Assembly: GCA_001244265.2 (NCBI GenBank)
Contig: CDLV01000007.1
Location: 868,001 to 932,000, forward strand
Source of the DNA: Microbotryum violaceum
Taxonomy: Eukaryota
DNA: 64,000 bases
Reading direction: 5' to 3'
Shown one piece after another: positions 41,870-53,264 of the stretch; the first letter of the stretch is position 1; the number at the start of each line of letters is the position of its first letter. Made by a program: the position numbers and the translations under genes. The notes under the pieces were generated by a model. It had not been told where the DNA came from. It ran no database searches and saw only the letters and a program-made list of their open reading frames with translations.

Positions 41870-42409
41870 TCGTCGCGACGACTCACCATCAGCAACACCT
41901 TCAACGCATCGAATCTTGGGATCGGGTTTTCCATCATGTTCATATTTGTTGTTTGATACCCCGTCATGACCTCGTTCACCACAACATGTCGAAGTTTGAG
42001 GGCCTCACCGACGACATATTCTCTTCCTGCTCGACCCACGTTTGATACGTAGCAGCACGCCTCTCGTTTCCCTGTGCACATATTATTCATTTGTATGTTT
42101 GATCTTAAGAACCTCAGAGCTCTGACCGTGCGCTATTCACGCCCAATCTCTAGTTGTGCGATGCTTGACAGGATCACGTCCACCGCGAATCCCTTTGTCC
42201 TCGGCGACAGCTAGTAGCCCCTATTACTCCAGAGCCTTTCTTCTGGTTCGCTCTCGGAAGGAATTTTCGGTTTAGCGATGAAAGTGCTTTGTTCCACTCC
42301 TTATTCTTCATTCTTATACCCTAAACTTCGTGTACACCCACTCGTCTCTTCTTTCAGTCTCCTGGTGCAGACCGCGAGAACCTGTATACACCCCGGAACG
42401 TCTTCAGCA

Positions 42410-43706
42410 ATGCTCACCTTCACAGCTCTAGTCATGCTGGTACACGCCATCCTATTCTCCCACCATGTTCATGTTGAAGGCATGTCCTTTCATAACGCTG
42501 AAATGTTTTCGATCATCCGGGTAAGAGCTTATGGTCATCAAACCCGGCCCTTCCCAAGCTAAAGCGCCCCACCCCACTGCAGGACAACGCCGAACGATTC
42601 TCGGCCGGCGACTATTCCATCAGAAGCGCCACGACAACACTTTCCGGCGAGAAGGTCGCGTCGACCGCAAATTGCAAGCCCGCTACGCGACCGTTCGACT
42701 GGAACAAGATGCGCGATACGGCAAATCGGGTTATACGGAGGGGTATTGGTTCGGCACCGTAATTTCGGGATGTGGTATGTGTGGTTCGAGTCAGTATGGA
42801 TATCCAGGCGGTGAGGGGAAGATCATTGTTATGGCGGCGTATAGTTGTCGAGCTGGGGAACCGGGCCGGGCGGGAGGAGAAAAGCCACCGATATCGATCG
42901 CCAAGCGTGAGTTAGGGGTCAGCCGAGGGGGCCAAGCACCGTCTTACGCAATGATCCTGCTCATGGCCGCTGATTTTCCCGAGTGTTTTACAGAGTTCTT
43001 CCAGTTGGTCAACTGTTCCGAGAGTTGGACAGCCGATGGCATCGTCGGCAACCCCGTCGAGCTGGAGGGGCAAGGGGCACAAGAGACTCCGACCCGTCGT
43101 CGTTCCCTGTACGAGGGGCCCACAGAGCCTGTGGCCCGGCATCGAGACCGGAGAACTACGAGGCAACGGCACCGGCGTACTTTTGGCAGCAGCACTAGCG
43201 CGAATGGTACACGTGACGTCGTCATCGGAAAGAAACGTTTGGAACGGCGAGAGCTTAAATCCGGTTGCTATTTGATGTGAGTCAAAGAACAACTTGCCAG
43301 AGGACCAGGGCCTGCAACGGCAACTGACGCCTTCAACCATATTTTGGTTACGACCTACTCAGTATCGGCGAGGACCATCTTTTGGATCAGTCAGTTGAGC
43401 TCGCACCTGCAAGGAAATTCGCGACGCCTCCGTTGACGATGCTCTCTGGGGCAGCTTGCAGGAGAACTCGAGCAGTCGTTGACAAGCAGTTAGAAACTTA
43501 CGACACGTTCGTTGACGTGGCGATGGCGGATCTCGACGGTGTGAGTGGAATACCCATGGGGGCGTTTGGTCAATTTCAATTTGGCTAGAGTCACGAGGCT
43601 GACAATCTGGCATTCGCCCCAGTCTGATCCTGGCCAGCAATGGATAATCGAACCGGCGCGAGAGGGGAGTCCAAGCTCAAACGAGCAGTGTGCATCGCAT
43701 CATTAA
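42410..43706 (+). CDS. Diverged tandem paralog of the preceding ricin-like gene (multi-exon)
   Basis: Hydrophobic start MLTFTALVML. The spliced C-terminus YLIIGEDHLLDQRTRAV...DG|SDPGQQWII aligns with YYIIAQDHLDDMATRAI...NK|SDPHQIW, with the same last intron position. Confidence 0.55.
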
Positions 43707-43711
43707 TAAAT

Positions 43712-43868
43712 GGCTTCGGTTTGGGCTCGGGGGCGAATTCCCTCACGACACGGCCCCGCGAAGAAACCGGCGACCCAACCGGCGCAGATTGCGCCGCCGC
43801 GAGCGAGGCCGAGAAGGGGGGGAATACAGGGGGTTGAAGGGAGAGCTCGCCCCCCAGCCCAAACCAAG
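43712..43868. repeat. Imperfect ~33-bp inverted repeat pair (hairpin or MITE-like) at the distal edge of the retroelement
   Basis: GCTTCGGTTTGGGCTCGGGGGCGAATTCCCTCA (~43713) pairs with TGAAGGGAGAGCTCGCCCCCCAGCCCAAACCAAGC (~43835-43869). Confidence 0.7.
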
Positions 43869-44149
43869 CGAATTCCTAAGTGATTTCGATATCCCATATT
43901 TCACAATGAAGATCACTGCGACCATGAAACGGCGGACCGTATTAGGGCACGGGCGGAAACACGGTCAACGCGAAGAGACCTGAGCTGAGCGTAGAGGAGC
44001 GCAGGATGAGCAGAGGGCAAGTCACAAATCACCCTCCGCACTTGCGAGCTCGTCAAACGCATTCTCAAACTCCTCTGATTCATCCTCTGATTCATCGTAG
44101 GCCTGAACCAAAAGTGCACCTCCCGGCGAGTTAAGCTGAGAAACATCGC

Positions 44150-45560
44150 CTGACATTGCGCGGGCCGCGATAAAATTGACTTGGCGCCAGTACCGTTCGA
44201 ATGAGTTGCTCTTTCAGCGACCAATAACTTTCACTGTTTCCGGTGGAATCCCCTCGAGAAGGTAATGGGTGGCGCCACCGATACGGAAGGAGTGACCGGA
44301 TACGAGCGGACGATCCGCTAGCGATGTGGTACTCGGGATCCCGTCGCGTGCAGCAAAGTCGGAAATGAGACGGGACTCCTGATCTCGTCTGCTGAATCAG
44401 AGTACTCGGGTCATGCGGGCGACGGCTGATTCGGTGGTCTCGGGGATCGGGCTGGAGTCGCCTAGTCGGGAAGTGCAGATTCGGCTAACTCGGCCTAGCG
44501 CCACATGAGCGGATAAAAGTTCAGGACGAAGTATGGCGTGATCAGGACGAAGTATGGCGTGATCGGAGGGCCGAGTGTCGAAAAAGAGGAGGAAGCTGGC
44601 CCGGAGGGGTTGGAGTGTCCTGGCGTCGGAGGGGAGTTCGCTTCTTGTTCTTAAGGTAGACAACTTCTAGGATCCGATACAGCATCTTAGCTGGTTCTCT
44701 CTTTCTGCGTGTTTCGTTCTCGTACTTGGTCTCGTTTTACCTTGTCATTTTCATATCATCTTTGATCGACCGCTTTGCTATACCATAGCGGCCTTCAAGG
44801 TTTGATTCACACGCGAGAGGAACCGGGATCGAGTTAACGGAACCCATCGTCCCTTAGATTGGTAGGAGAAAAGCGGTTGATCTTGCGGAGGGTCCGTTTG
44901 CAAGTGCAACGAAAGCAGGTTATAGGGACAGGGACCTTTCCCCGATTGCGGTGCGATGAAGTCACCTTGATGACGTTGTACCTTGTCGAACGGTAGGTGA
45001 AGCTCGATTCGAGGTCCCACACGAAGAGCAGAGATCGAGGGATGCATCCTGACGGTTGACGGCGTGATTGGTGGATGAGACGGATCCTCAGGCGAGGAGA
45101 CGGTCAGTTCGCCGATCCTTGCCATGCCATAGAACGAAACGGCAGCACATGCGATGACGGCGAGGTCTTCAGGCTCCGAAACTTCCAGAAGACGGATCAG
45201 GCAATCCAGGTCAGGCAGCTCGAAAGGGCGGCGAGGTGCCTTCCCGAGAGGCGAGATGTTCTTGGCAGCCTTATAGACCATGTCTAGGCCGATCCTGTCT
45301 GCGTTCCCCTCGAGACCGTGAGTCAGGCAGGCTCCAGAATCGGAAGGCAGACGCATAATGTCGGATGGTGAATTGCCGAAATCGTGACACAGCAGCAAGG
45401 TGATCGAAATAATGTCGCATGTTGTTCCAGTCCATCGGGAAGCGGAAGGTGGAGTCCACCTCTTCAGAGTCACACCAGTCCAAGTATCGCGCGATGCAGC
45501 CTCCATGAGTGTTCAAGGTATTGGGCTGGATTGAGGATGAAGCAACCTTGCGACGGTTTT
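44150..45560 (-). pseudogene. Tyrosine recombinase of the retroelement, frameshifted and split by the solo LTR
   Basis: N-terminal YLDWC...TIRHYASAF, box I FYGMARIGEL, CPYNLL, PLTRSRFLSRVN, and box II SGHSFRIGGATHYLLEGIPPETVKVIGR*KSNSFERYWR at ~44180-44300 (Trp mutated to stop). Confidence 0.9.
44325..44787. mobile_element. Solo LTR (463 bp) inserted in the YR gene
   Basis: Termini TGTGGTA...TACCATA (a mutated TG..CA inverted end). Flanks GCGA/GCGG. It separates contiguous YR coding sequence and has an internal 21-bp duplication at 44521-44563. Confidence 0.7.
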
Positions 45561-46312
45561 CAATCTCGGAAATTAAGATCGATCTGCGACAGCCGCTTGG
45601 CAAGACCGGCGTAGCGAGGAAAGGGTGATCGTGGGGGACGGTCCTCACGAAAGAGCCGGTCAATCTGTGCTCGGGGACAAGGTTGGTTGTGATAGTAGCC
45701 CACCCTGCGAACGTGCTCGTGTCGTCGAAAGCTGAAGCGACAATGATATCGTCCGAGGGGTTGCGAATGAGACTGGGGCCCAGGATCGCCCTTGAGCGCT
45801 TGAGCTCCTCGACTTGCAGAGGTGTTGTTCCCACTGCGATCACAGCGCGTTGTGCCGCAGGCTCCTCGTGGAAGCCGGGGAGCACTGTGGCGGTGGTGGT
45901 GGCGCTAGGTCGGGCACCATTCTTTGTACTTGAGATTCCATAATCGCCTCTTCGAGAAAGGTCTGACAGGTTGGAGGCCGGGGTGGTGCTACCGGAGGGC
46001 TCCGCCGAGCGGTCGGTAGCCAGACCAGGTGAGGGCCCGGCGGTCGCCGAGACCCGGTTAGCGAGTGTATTATGGATCACACGGGTCAACATGGGTGAGA
46101 GAGGGTGATTTGGGGAATTTCTCTGTCGTACACGATCAGGCATCGCTTGCAGAGATCGAATTTGTATGTAGGAAGGAATAGGGTAGTGGGCAAAAGAGCA
46201 CAGTTCGAGGCGCAGTTGACAGGGGTGTCTGGCACTGCCTACGTGCAGCGTCGTCATCGGTGACGTCATGAACACAACGAATGTACTTGACTGACATACA
46301 CACAAAAAGAAA

Positions 46313-47547
46313 GGGTAAAGGACAAATGCCCTCGCTTCTATTCATGAGGACAGAAATGCCCTTCTCAAAGGACCAAAATGCCCTCAGAGTCTCGACTTCT
46401 TTAATACTTGATATATCAGCTCATAACCAAGAGGGTAGCTTCTTGTAGTCGTTGTGATCAGCGCCGTATACTCAGAATCCCCAGAGATGCCGTGAGAATT
46501 CATATATCACGGTTGCAAAGTCAGGGCCCTATCGCGACTGAAGCGAGTCCAAGTCGAAAGCGAGCGATGAGTATAGACCGAGTGAATTCCATATGAAAAA
46601 GGCCAGCAGTAGTAGCATTGACAGTCTTGAAGCCTTATGCTCAGATTCAAATGGCCTATCTATCTATTGTATGTAACTCGATTGTGACCGGGGCCTTTGC
46701 AGAAACCACAGATCGCGTCGCGCTTGGACCTCTCGTCCGCACCCCGGAACCTGCGTTTGATCGGACGTCGTATACGCTTGGAGAGATGTGACGGAATGAT
46801 AATGACACCCTCTTCTTCGTCAGTTGAGTCACTATCGTCCACTTCACCATGACCTCATGACGCTCACGAGGAAGACGATGCAGCTTCCATTCAGCCCGAG
46901 ATGGAACAGGTTGGAGCGGTGTCGCGTAAGTCTGCACTTGCTGTCGCCGGTGTGCAGCAGCGATCGGTGACTGTGGGCTTCATTAAAGACAATGATGGTC
47001 CAAACACTGCATTCTCCTTTGGAGATAGCAGTGGCAGAGAAGGAGCACGGAGGATCTTGGACACTCTTGCTCACGACGCGTGTCAGACTTGCGAATGTCG
47101 AACTGAAACTGGTGATCAAGCGCATATTGATGGCCCGCATCTGTGAGCTCCTTCTTATCGTAGAGGCTTTCCCCCTCCCTGAAAAAACGTTCCATTGTCG
47201 AAAGTCGGTGGTGACTTCGATGTCGAGGCGAGAATGCGGAAGTTGGCCAACGTCGATTCGCGAACTCGGGCGCCTCGACGCGTCGACGATCGATGAGGAC
47301 CCCTGACTTTGCGACCGTGATATATGAATTCTCACGGCATCTCTGGGGATTCTGAGTATACGGTGCTGATCACAACGACTACAATAAGCTACCCTCTTGG
47401 TTATGAGCTGATATATCAAGTATTAAAGAAGTCGAGAATCCGAGGGCATTTTGGTCCTTTAGAGAAGGGCATTTCTGTCCTCATGAAAAGAAGCGAGGGC
47501 ATTTTCGTCCTTTCGCTATCTTTCGAGGGCATTTTTGTCCTTTTCTC
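46313..47547 (-). mobile_element. Internally deleted Mutator-like (MULE) DNA transposon, 1235 bp
   Basis: TIRs of ~215-245 bp (46313-46526 and 47301-47547) and a perfect 9-bp TSD AAAAAGAAA (46304-46312 and 47548-47556). Remnants of an N-terminal DNA-binding region (FREGESLYDKKEL...FDIRKSD), a SWIM-like WKLHRLPR.RH and a zinc knuckle CGFCKGPGHNRVT. No DDE core was seen. Confidence 0.9.
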
Positions 47548-47722
47548 AAAAAGAAACCAGTGTACTCACAGGAAAAGCGGGGGGAGCCACCAGAGTAAGC
47601 TGAGAACACACACAGCACGAAGCAACAAGCAGGAAAAGAAAACCGGAGAAACCCAGAAGAAAGAGCAACAACCCGTCAGAGCTCCGAGTCCATACGAGGA
47701 CGGCCAGCGGAGTCTGAGGAGG

Positions 47723-48160
47723 CTAAAACGTGAAGTGCGGCATGGGCCGATAGTCTGCAATCGCACGCTGCATCGGACGCTCCAGATCAAAGTCGAAAGG
47801 AAGAAGATGAGAGGGAAGGATAATTTTTCGAGAGACAATGTCCGCAGGGTTAGATGCGGTATGGACATAGTCGACGACGAAAGACACATCATGAGTTGCC
47901 TCGAGTTGGCGTAAGTACTCGATCGATTTATTGATCCAACGATTCGTCGACCTCCCTTTCCTCCAAATATAGAGGACGCCCGTGCTGTCGCAACGAATCA
48001 AAAGCCTAACATGACGAAAATTGAGTGCGATGAGCGCGTCGGCAAGCGCTTCGACGGCCCAGGCTTCCGCGACGGTGATGTGCGCATCCCGAAGTTCTTT
48101 CCAGTTCGACGGCAACGGGAAAACGCTCGCACGCGAATCGATGACGATACCGAGGGCTAA
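47723..48160 (-). pseudogene. DIRS1-type RNase H domain
   Basis: LGIVID, HITVAEAWAV, IRCDSTGV, KGRSTN and YVHTASNPADIVSR. Confidence 0.88.
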
Positions 48161-49100
48161 CTTACCTCGGGGAGACGTGCGGTTGACCTATCCAAGTCCC
48201 ACTCGATACCTACAAAAGTGAAACGGCGAGTCCAGTCGAAACCTTTGTCGGGCGCGAGCTTCCAACCCAAGTCCGAAATCGCTTCTTCAATCTCTTGTCG
48301 AGGGACAGCGGCATCTGGGCAAAATACGATGACGTCGTCCACCTGTTTGAAGACCGTGATCGAGGGGAAACGTAACTCGAGAAAGTCTTGGGTTACGTCC
48401 GCTAGATTACCGAACACCCCCGGGGTGGTTCGACCGCGAAACAGGGGACTCGACGAATGTAAATTCGACCCTCCCAACAGATCGTCATGTGCAGCTGTTG
48501 CGACGGTAGGAGAGGAACTTGGTAGAAAGCATCCGCAAAGTCGAAACCAAAACACTGCATTGACGGCGGTAAAGCACGAAAGTGCCGGATAAGCTGGGCA
48601 AGCTTTGTCCATCTACACGGGAAATTATTTGCAGCCAGCAAGTCGTTGCAGCTTTCGATCTCGGTGAGCTCATCGTACGCCCGCGGGTACGACATACTCT
48701 CGATCACGCGGTGTTTCGGGGGTTGACTGGGTTCGCGTCGTTTTTCGATCACCGACAGCGGTTTCGAGCGGAAAGAGCCGACTTGAAGGCGGAGCCAGTC
48801 GTAGTCAAAGGGCCCCGCGATGCGACCGTCGCGTAGGAGACAGAGAAGTTCCTTGGCCGCTGCCTCACGAGATGCGTCATCATCGTTCGAAATGTGGATG
48901 CTCGGAGTAATCGGCTCCCTCGGAAGGTGACGGAGGCCAAAGTCGAAACCCTCGCGGATTTGGGTCGGGATCGAATCGACTTGCTCAAAGGGAGTGTTGC
49001 CGCGGTGTACGCGAAGGCAGTCCACGGCCGATTGCCATTGATCAGGCTTGAGGGGGGTAACGACATCGGTCAACGCCGTGCGTAAATCCGTGATGGAAGG
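48157..49100 (-). pseudogene. Reverse transcriptase domain (frameshifted)
   Basis: GRIAGPF, FRSKPLSVIEK, KHRVIESMSYP, FDFADAFYQVP, TPGVFGNLAD, FKQVDDVIV, LGWKLAPDKG and FTFVGIEWDL. Confidence 0.9.
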
Positions 49101-49494
49101 AAGAGCGGAAAGTTTATTCCCAGCCGACCTAGGGGCTCTCGCCGACGAAGAAACATCCGAAAGTATATGTACAGGAAAAGCAGTGTCCCGTTGAGAAGAG
49201 TCCGTAGGAGCTATGTACGACGAGGAAATGTCTGTAGAGGTGAGATCCGTTGAAGGCGCGAGCAAAGGCGGAGAGAGTGAGGGGTTCGTTTGTTCTAGAG
49301 GCGGATCAAACGCAACAGATTGGTCAGCGAACCTGTGTGGAATGCCCAGCCAAGACCTGGGCAGGTGACACTGGAAGCGTGGGAGACGTAGGAAACGAAA
49401 GAATACGGGATCGAAGAGGGGGGTTCGAGAAAGCAACCACTTCATAGGAGAAAGCGACCACGTTATAAGAGAAAAATACCGCATTCGAGGACGG

Positions 49495-49765
49495 ATGCGG
49501 CCGTATGAAAGGTGTAAAGGTTGAGTATGGTCGTATGATAGAATATGGCCGTATGATGGAAGTGAAGCCCAATCTACAAACTACTAAAAACTGTCGATTA
49601 TGGTCGTATGATAGAAGTACAGCCGAATATGGCCGTGTTATGATATAAGAAAACGGAATATGACCGCCTTATGATATAAATAATGTCGAACATGGTCGTA
49701 TGAGAGAAGTGAAGTCGAATATGGCCGTATGATAGAGAAAGACCCCGAACATGGCCGTATGAAAG
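49495..49765. repeat. Cluster of about 9 degenerate (A)TATGGCCGTATGA motifs between gag and pol
   Basis: Copies at about 49497, 49525, 49543, 49599, 49628, 49658, 49691, 49720 and 49750. Confidence 0.85.
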
Positions 49766-49901
49766 GTGCGCGAATTGCGACTAAACTCACCACATTGTGA
49801 TGACACCACAAGGTCAGAATTATTTAGTCCATGTATATATGACGGAAGCGAGGGCTTGACAGGCGATACTGAGTGTCCAGAGTCAGGCACGATCGGAACG
49901 A

Positions 49902-51282
49902 CTACGACGGGCCCCGGCCGGTGTCGCAATGGTCCGAGGAATGCAAGCCGTTGTTGAAGGCGAAGCACACTTGGCGATTTGAGGATTTAGGGTACAAGGC
50001 TCCGGACGAGGAGCGAGTGAAGGCATCCGAGTCAAATTTGCGGCAGAGATGAAAGGGTGGGTGATCCAAGGACGTCAATCCGCAAACGATGCAGAACATG
50101 GAGCCGTTGCCGGAACGGTTGGCCGCGAGCGGTCGAGTGTCGTAGGGTGGTGTCGAGCGAAAACCATTGTCGAACGAAGGGCGAAAGTTAGTGTCTGAGG
50201 ATCCACGCAAGGCGTTTGGAGGCTGGTCACGCGGAAACGACGCTCCCTGGGGAACCGAAGGGCGGCTGTACGAAAGACGGTTCGCGATGTTGGGCGTAGA
50301 ATTTCCGCTCGGGTCGGAAAAAAGGCGCTTCTTGGGCTTGGCTGAGACCTGGGAGTAAGCGTCACGAACGACATCGGTGAGGGTAACGGAGGACTCTGTG
50401 AAGAAGATTTCTTTCCTCTTTTCTTCCACCGAGGCCACCATCGCCTCACCTTCGGCCTTCGACAAGCTCCACAACTGGGTAGAAAGGGAGCAGGTACTCG
50501 CCGTGTAATTGAGGTGGTCACCGGTGGGGCGATGGCAACGGTGCTCAGCCGTGATCATGGCTTCCGGGTTGAAATCGGAAACGTCGCATGATAATGCTGT
50601 TCGATGCCGTGTCGCTACAAGACCTCGCCAAGTGGGTCCAGAAGTTCGCCCTCACGACGATGTCGTACTCAAGTCACAGGGGCCAGCTCTTCGAGGTAGC
50701 GCGCATCGCGACTCGGGAAAAGTGTTGTAGGAACGCTTCGCCCGTGTTGGTCGTTTTGAAAATGTCAGCCATCAGGGCGGCGTACAGGAATGAGGCCGGC
50801 TGCCACTCGTCGAAGGTGAGTAAGTGATCGAGCTGGTGACCTAGTTGGAGAGTCGCCGAGCGGTCCTTGGTCGTGGCGAGAGAGATAGTCTGACCCAGCT
50901 TCACCTTGATGCTGGCTCCATGCGTGAACAGACTCATCGGGATCGCTTCTGGTCTGGCCGCCTTGGACGCGATGTCAAACAACTCCAACGAGACGGTGAT
51001 TGGCGAGTCCGTGTAGGCCGAAACCAAACTAGCACGAGAGTGGGACGTAGTGACGTTGTAGGAACTGAAAGACTTCTTGTGGGAGCCCGATGCCCCCGCC
51101 TGGAAACTCAGGCTGTAGAGTTCGCGACCGAATGAGGCTACTAAGTCCTGCGGGGCCGCCCCACCAAACGCGTTCGCACCCGCATCAGCGGCACCAAGGC
51201 CGATGCCACCAGCACCAGCACCGCCAGTACCAGCACCAACGGGACCGCCAGCACCCACCGCTCCGCAAGCACCAAGAATAGG
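49902..51282 (-). pseudogene. gag-like ORF1 of the retroelement; its N-terminus continues at ~55840-55950 beyond the TIR element
   Basis: Gly/Ala-rich N-region, LTFDEWQPAS, and a Cys/His cluster CIVCG...H...C...VCFAFNNG...HC upstream of RT. Confidence 0.7.
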
Positions 51283-51728
51283 CACCTCTGGCTCAATACA
51301 TAAGCACGCTAAAAAGTGGCGCGCGCGGCGCGCCTTCGACCCTCGCTTCCGCGCGGCGTAGCCATACATGTTGCCCGCCTGCAACCCGGGTTGCTGGATG
51401 GCCCCAGGACTAGGGCAACTTGCTAATGAGATTGACTTATTATTAGGGAGTACTTGTGCAATCGCCCACAGAGCTGTCTCTTCTAGCCTCCCCCCGCTCA
51501 GCGCAAAATCAGACCCGCCTCAGTTCTAACACGAGCACCAACTATTGTAACACACAGTAACACATTCTCGAATCAATATACGACATTTGTATCGGACAAT
51601 GGGCAGGCATAAATGGAATCGCTTCAAGTTCTGACCTGACAGGCTACTTCGAGGGACATCCTGACTATAAGCCCCGAGGCCTTCGTTCGGACGCTCGAAT
51701 CCGCACCAACATCCCCGGAACCCGGCAC

Positions 51729-52979
51729 ATGGTTACGTACACTGCGCGCCAAATTCAGCAAAGAACCTTCGATGAACATGCTCGTGGCGAAGCTAGCTCG
51801 CCGTCTCCTCGGCCTCCAATGGCCCCTCCGATACAGGCCGATTTCGACGAAGCCGCTAAACCGAGTGGGATGGATTGGGATGATGAACGTCACAGCGAGT
51901 ACGGTGGGGGCCATGAACGCGACTTTAGTCCGGCCCCATATTTTTCGGATCGAACATCCCGTATGCCAATCGCGCCTGACTATATTGCAACCGCCGAGCG
52001 ATTATCATTGGCTGCTCTGCGCCAAGTCGAAAGTTTCGAACCAGCCACACGTGGTCAGTCGAAGAAAGAAACGTACAAGCAGTTTGTGTTCAACGACGCT
52101 CGTCTAAGGAGCTTGGAACGGCCAGCGCTTCTGCGCCAGTATATTGCGTTTTGCGCTGGGGCAGAAGCGAAAAAGAGGTGGAGGGAGCGCAACAGTTTTG
52201 AAGGAGTATAGGACCCGCATCCAAGACTTTGACGACATCCTCGCGCGCATCTTCACCGTCCCCGTTGACATTGCCGCCGAATATGAGGAATCGCGCCTAT
52301 TGCGTGAAATCCTTTCACCCCTGTACCAAGAGTGCCAACGCCCCCTCCCGACATCCTCGCGCGCATCTTCACCGTCCCCGTTGACATTGCCGCCGAATAT
52401 GAGGAATCGCGCCTATTCCGTGAAATCCTTTCACCCCTGTACCAAGAGTGCCAACGCCCCCTCCCTGAGGACGAAATAAGGACCGACGAGGACCAGGAGG
52501 GGAGTGACCGCCTTTTTAAGATGGATCCAAAAGGTGTACCGCCCTTTTCTCGGGAAACGTGCCCCGGACGAGTACTGGGATCAGTTAGAAAGCGAACATC
52601 GCACCTGGCAAGCAGCGCTCAGACCATTTGCAACGACGGTGCTTGTCAGGAGTAGGTCCAAGCTTTACCACTAGCCTACGCTGACCTCAAAAAGGTACAA
52701 TATCCACTCTGAAAGGAGTGGACAGTTTGGTACTATGTATGGCCAACCCCCAGTGAAACGAGCTAGGAATTGCAGGATTACTGGTTCATGACAGTGCTCG
52801 TCCACGTTCCCGAACCTCCCAAGCCGCCCACCGATGCGGACCGAGAGCCCGAAAGGAAGAAGATCTGGGACTCCTGGATTGTTGAGTGTGCCCACAGGTG
52901 GTTGGCGCTGTTGAGCAAACAGAGGGAGACGTATCGTTGGATGCGCAAGAGGGGTCCAGCGGAGAGGGTGCCGCGTTGA
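51729..52979 (+). pseudogene. Cargo gene of unknown function inside the TIR element, disrupted by frameshifts
   Basis: Protein-like ORF segments at 51729-52211, 52350-52655 and 52770-52979 in shifting frames. Confidence 0.45.
52233..52465. repeat. Near-perfect 116-bp tandem duplication (frameshifting)
   Basis: CGACATCCTCGCGCGCATCTTCACC...CCCCCTCCC occurs at 52233 and 52349. Confidence 0.95.
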
Positions 52980-53264
52980 CCTCAGGGGCACGAGAGGAGG
53001 ACGCGATATCGGAACACAGTTCGGCGACAGGCCAACATTCCGACCACGGATCAGCAGCCGGCTCGGAGGCCAAAAGCAACCTTTCCGCCCTCTCCGAGCT
53101 GACCAGCCTGAGCAAGCTGGAGCGCGGCCTGGATACTGGGACATGAGGCACCATGAGTGTCAATTCACCAGTTAGACAATGACCGTCTCGAGTTTTCCGT
53201 AAGCGTGTGTAGCCACCTAGCTTGTATGTTATGTTGATGGAGATCCTGCATTGCAACCATGATT

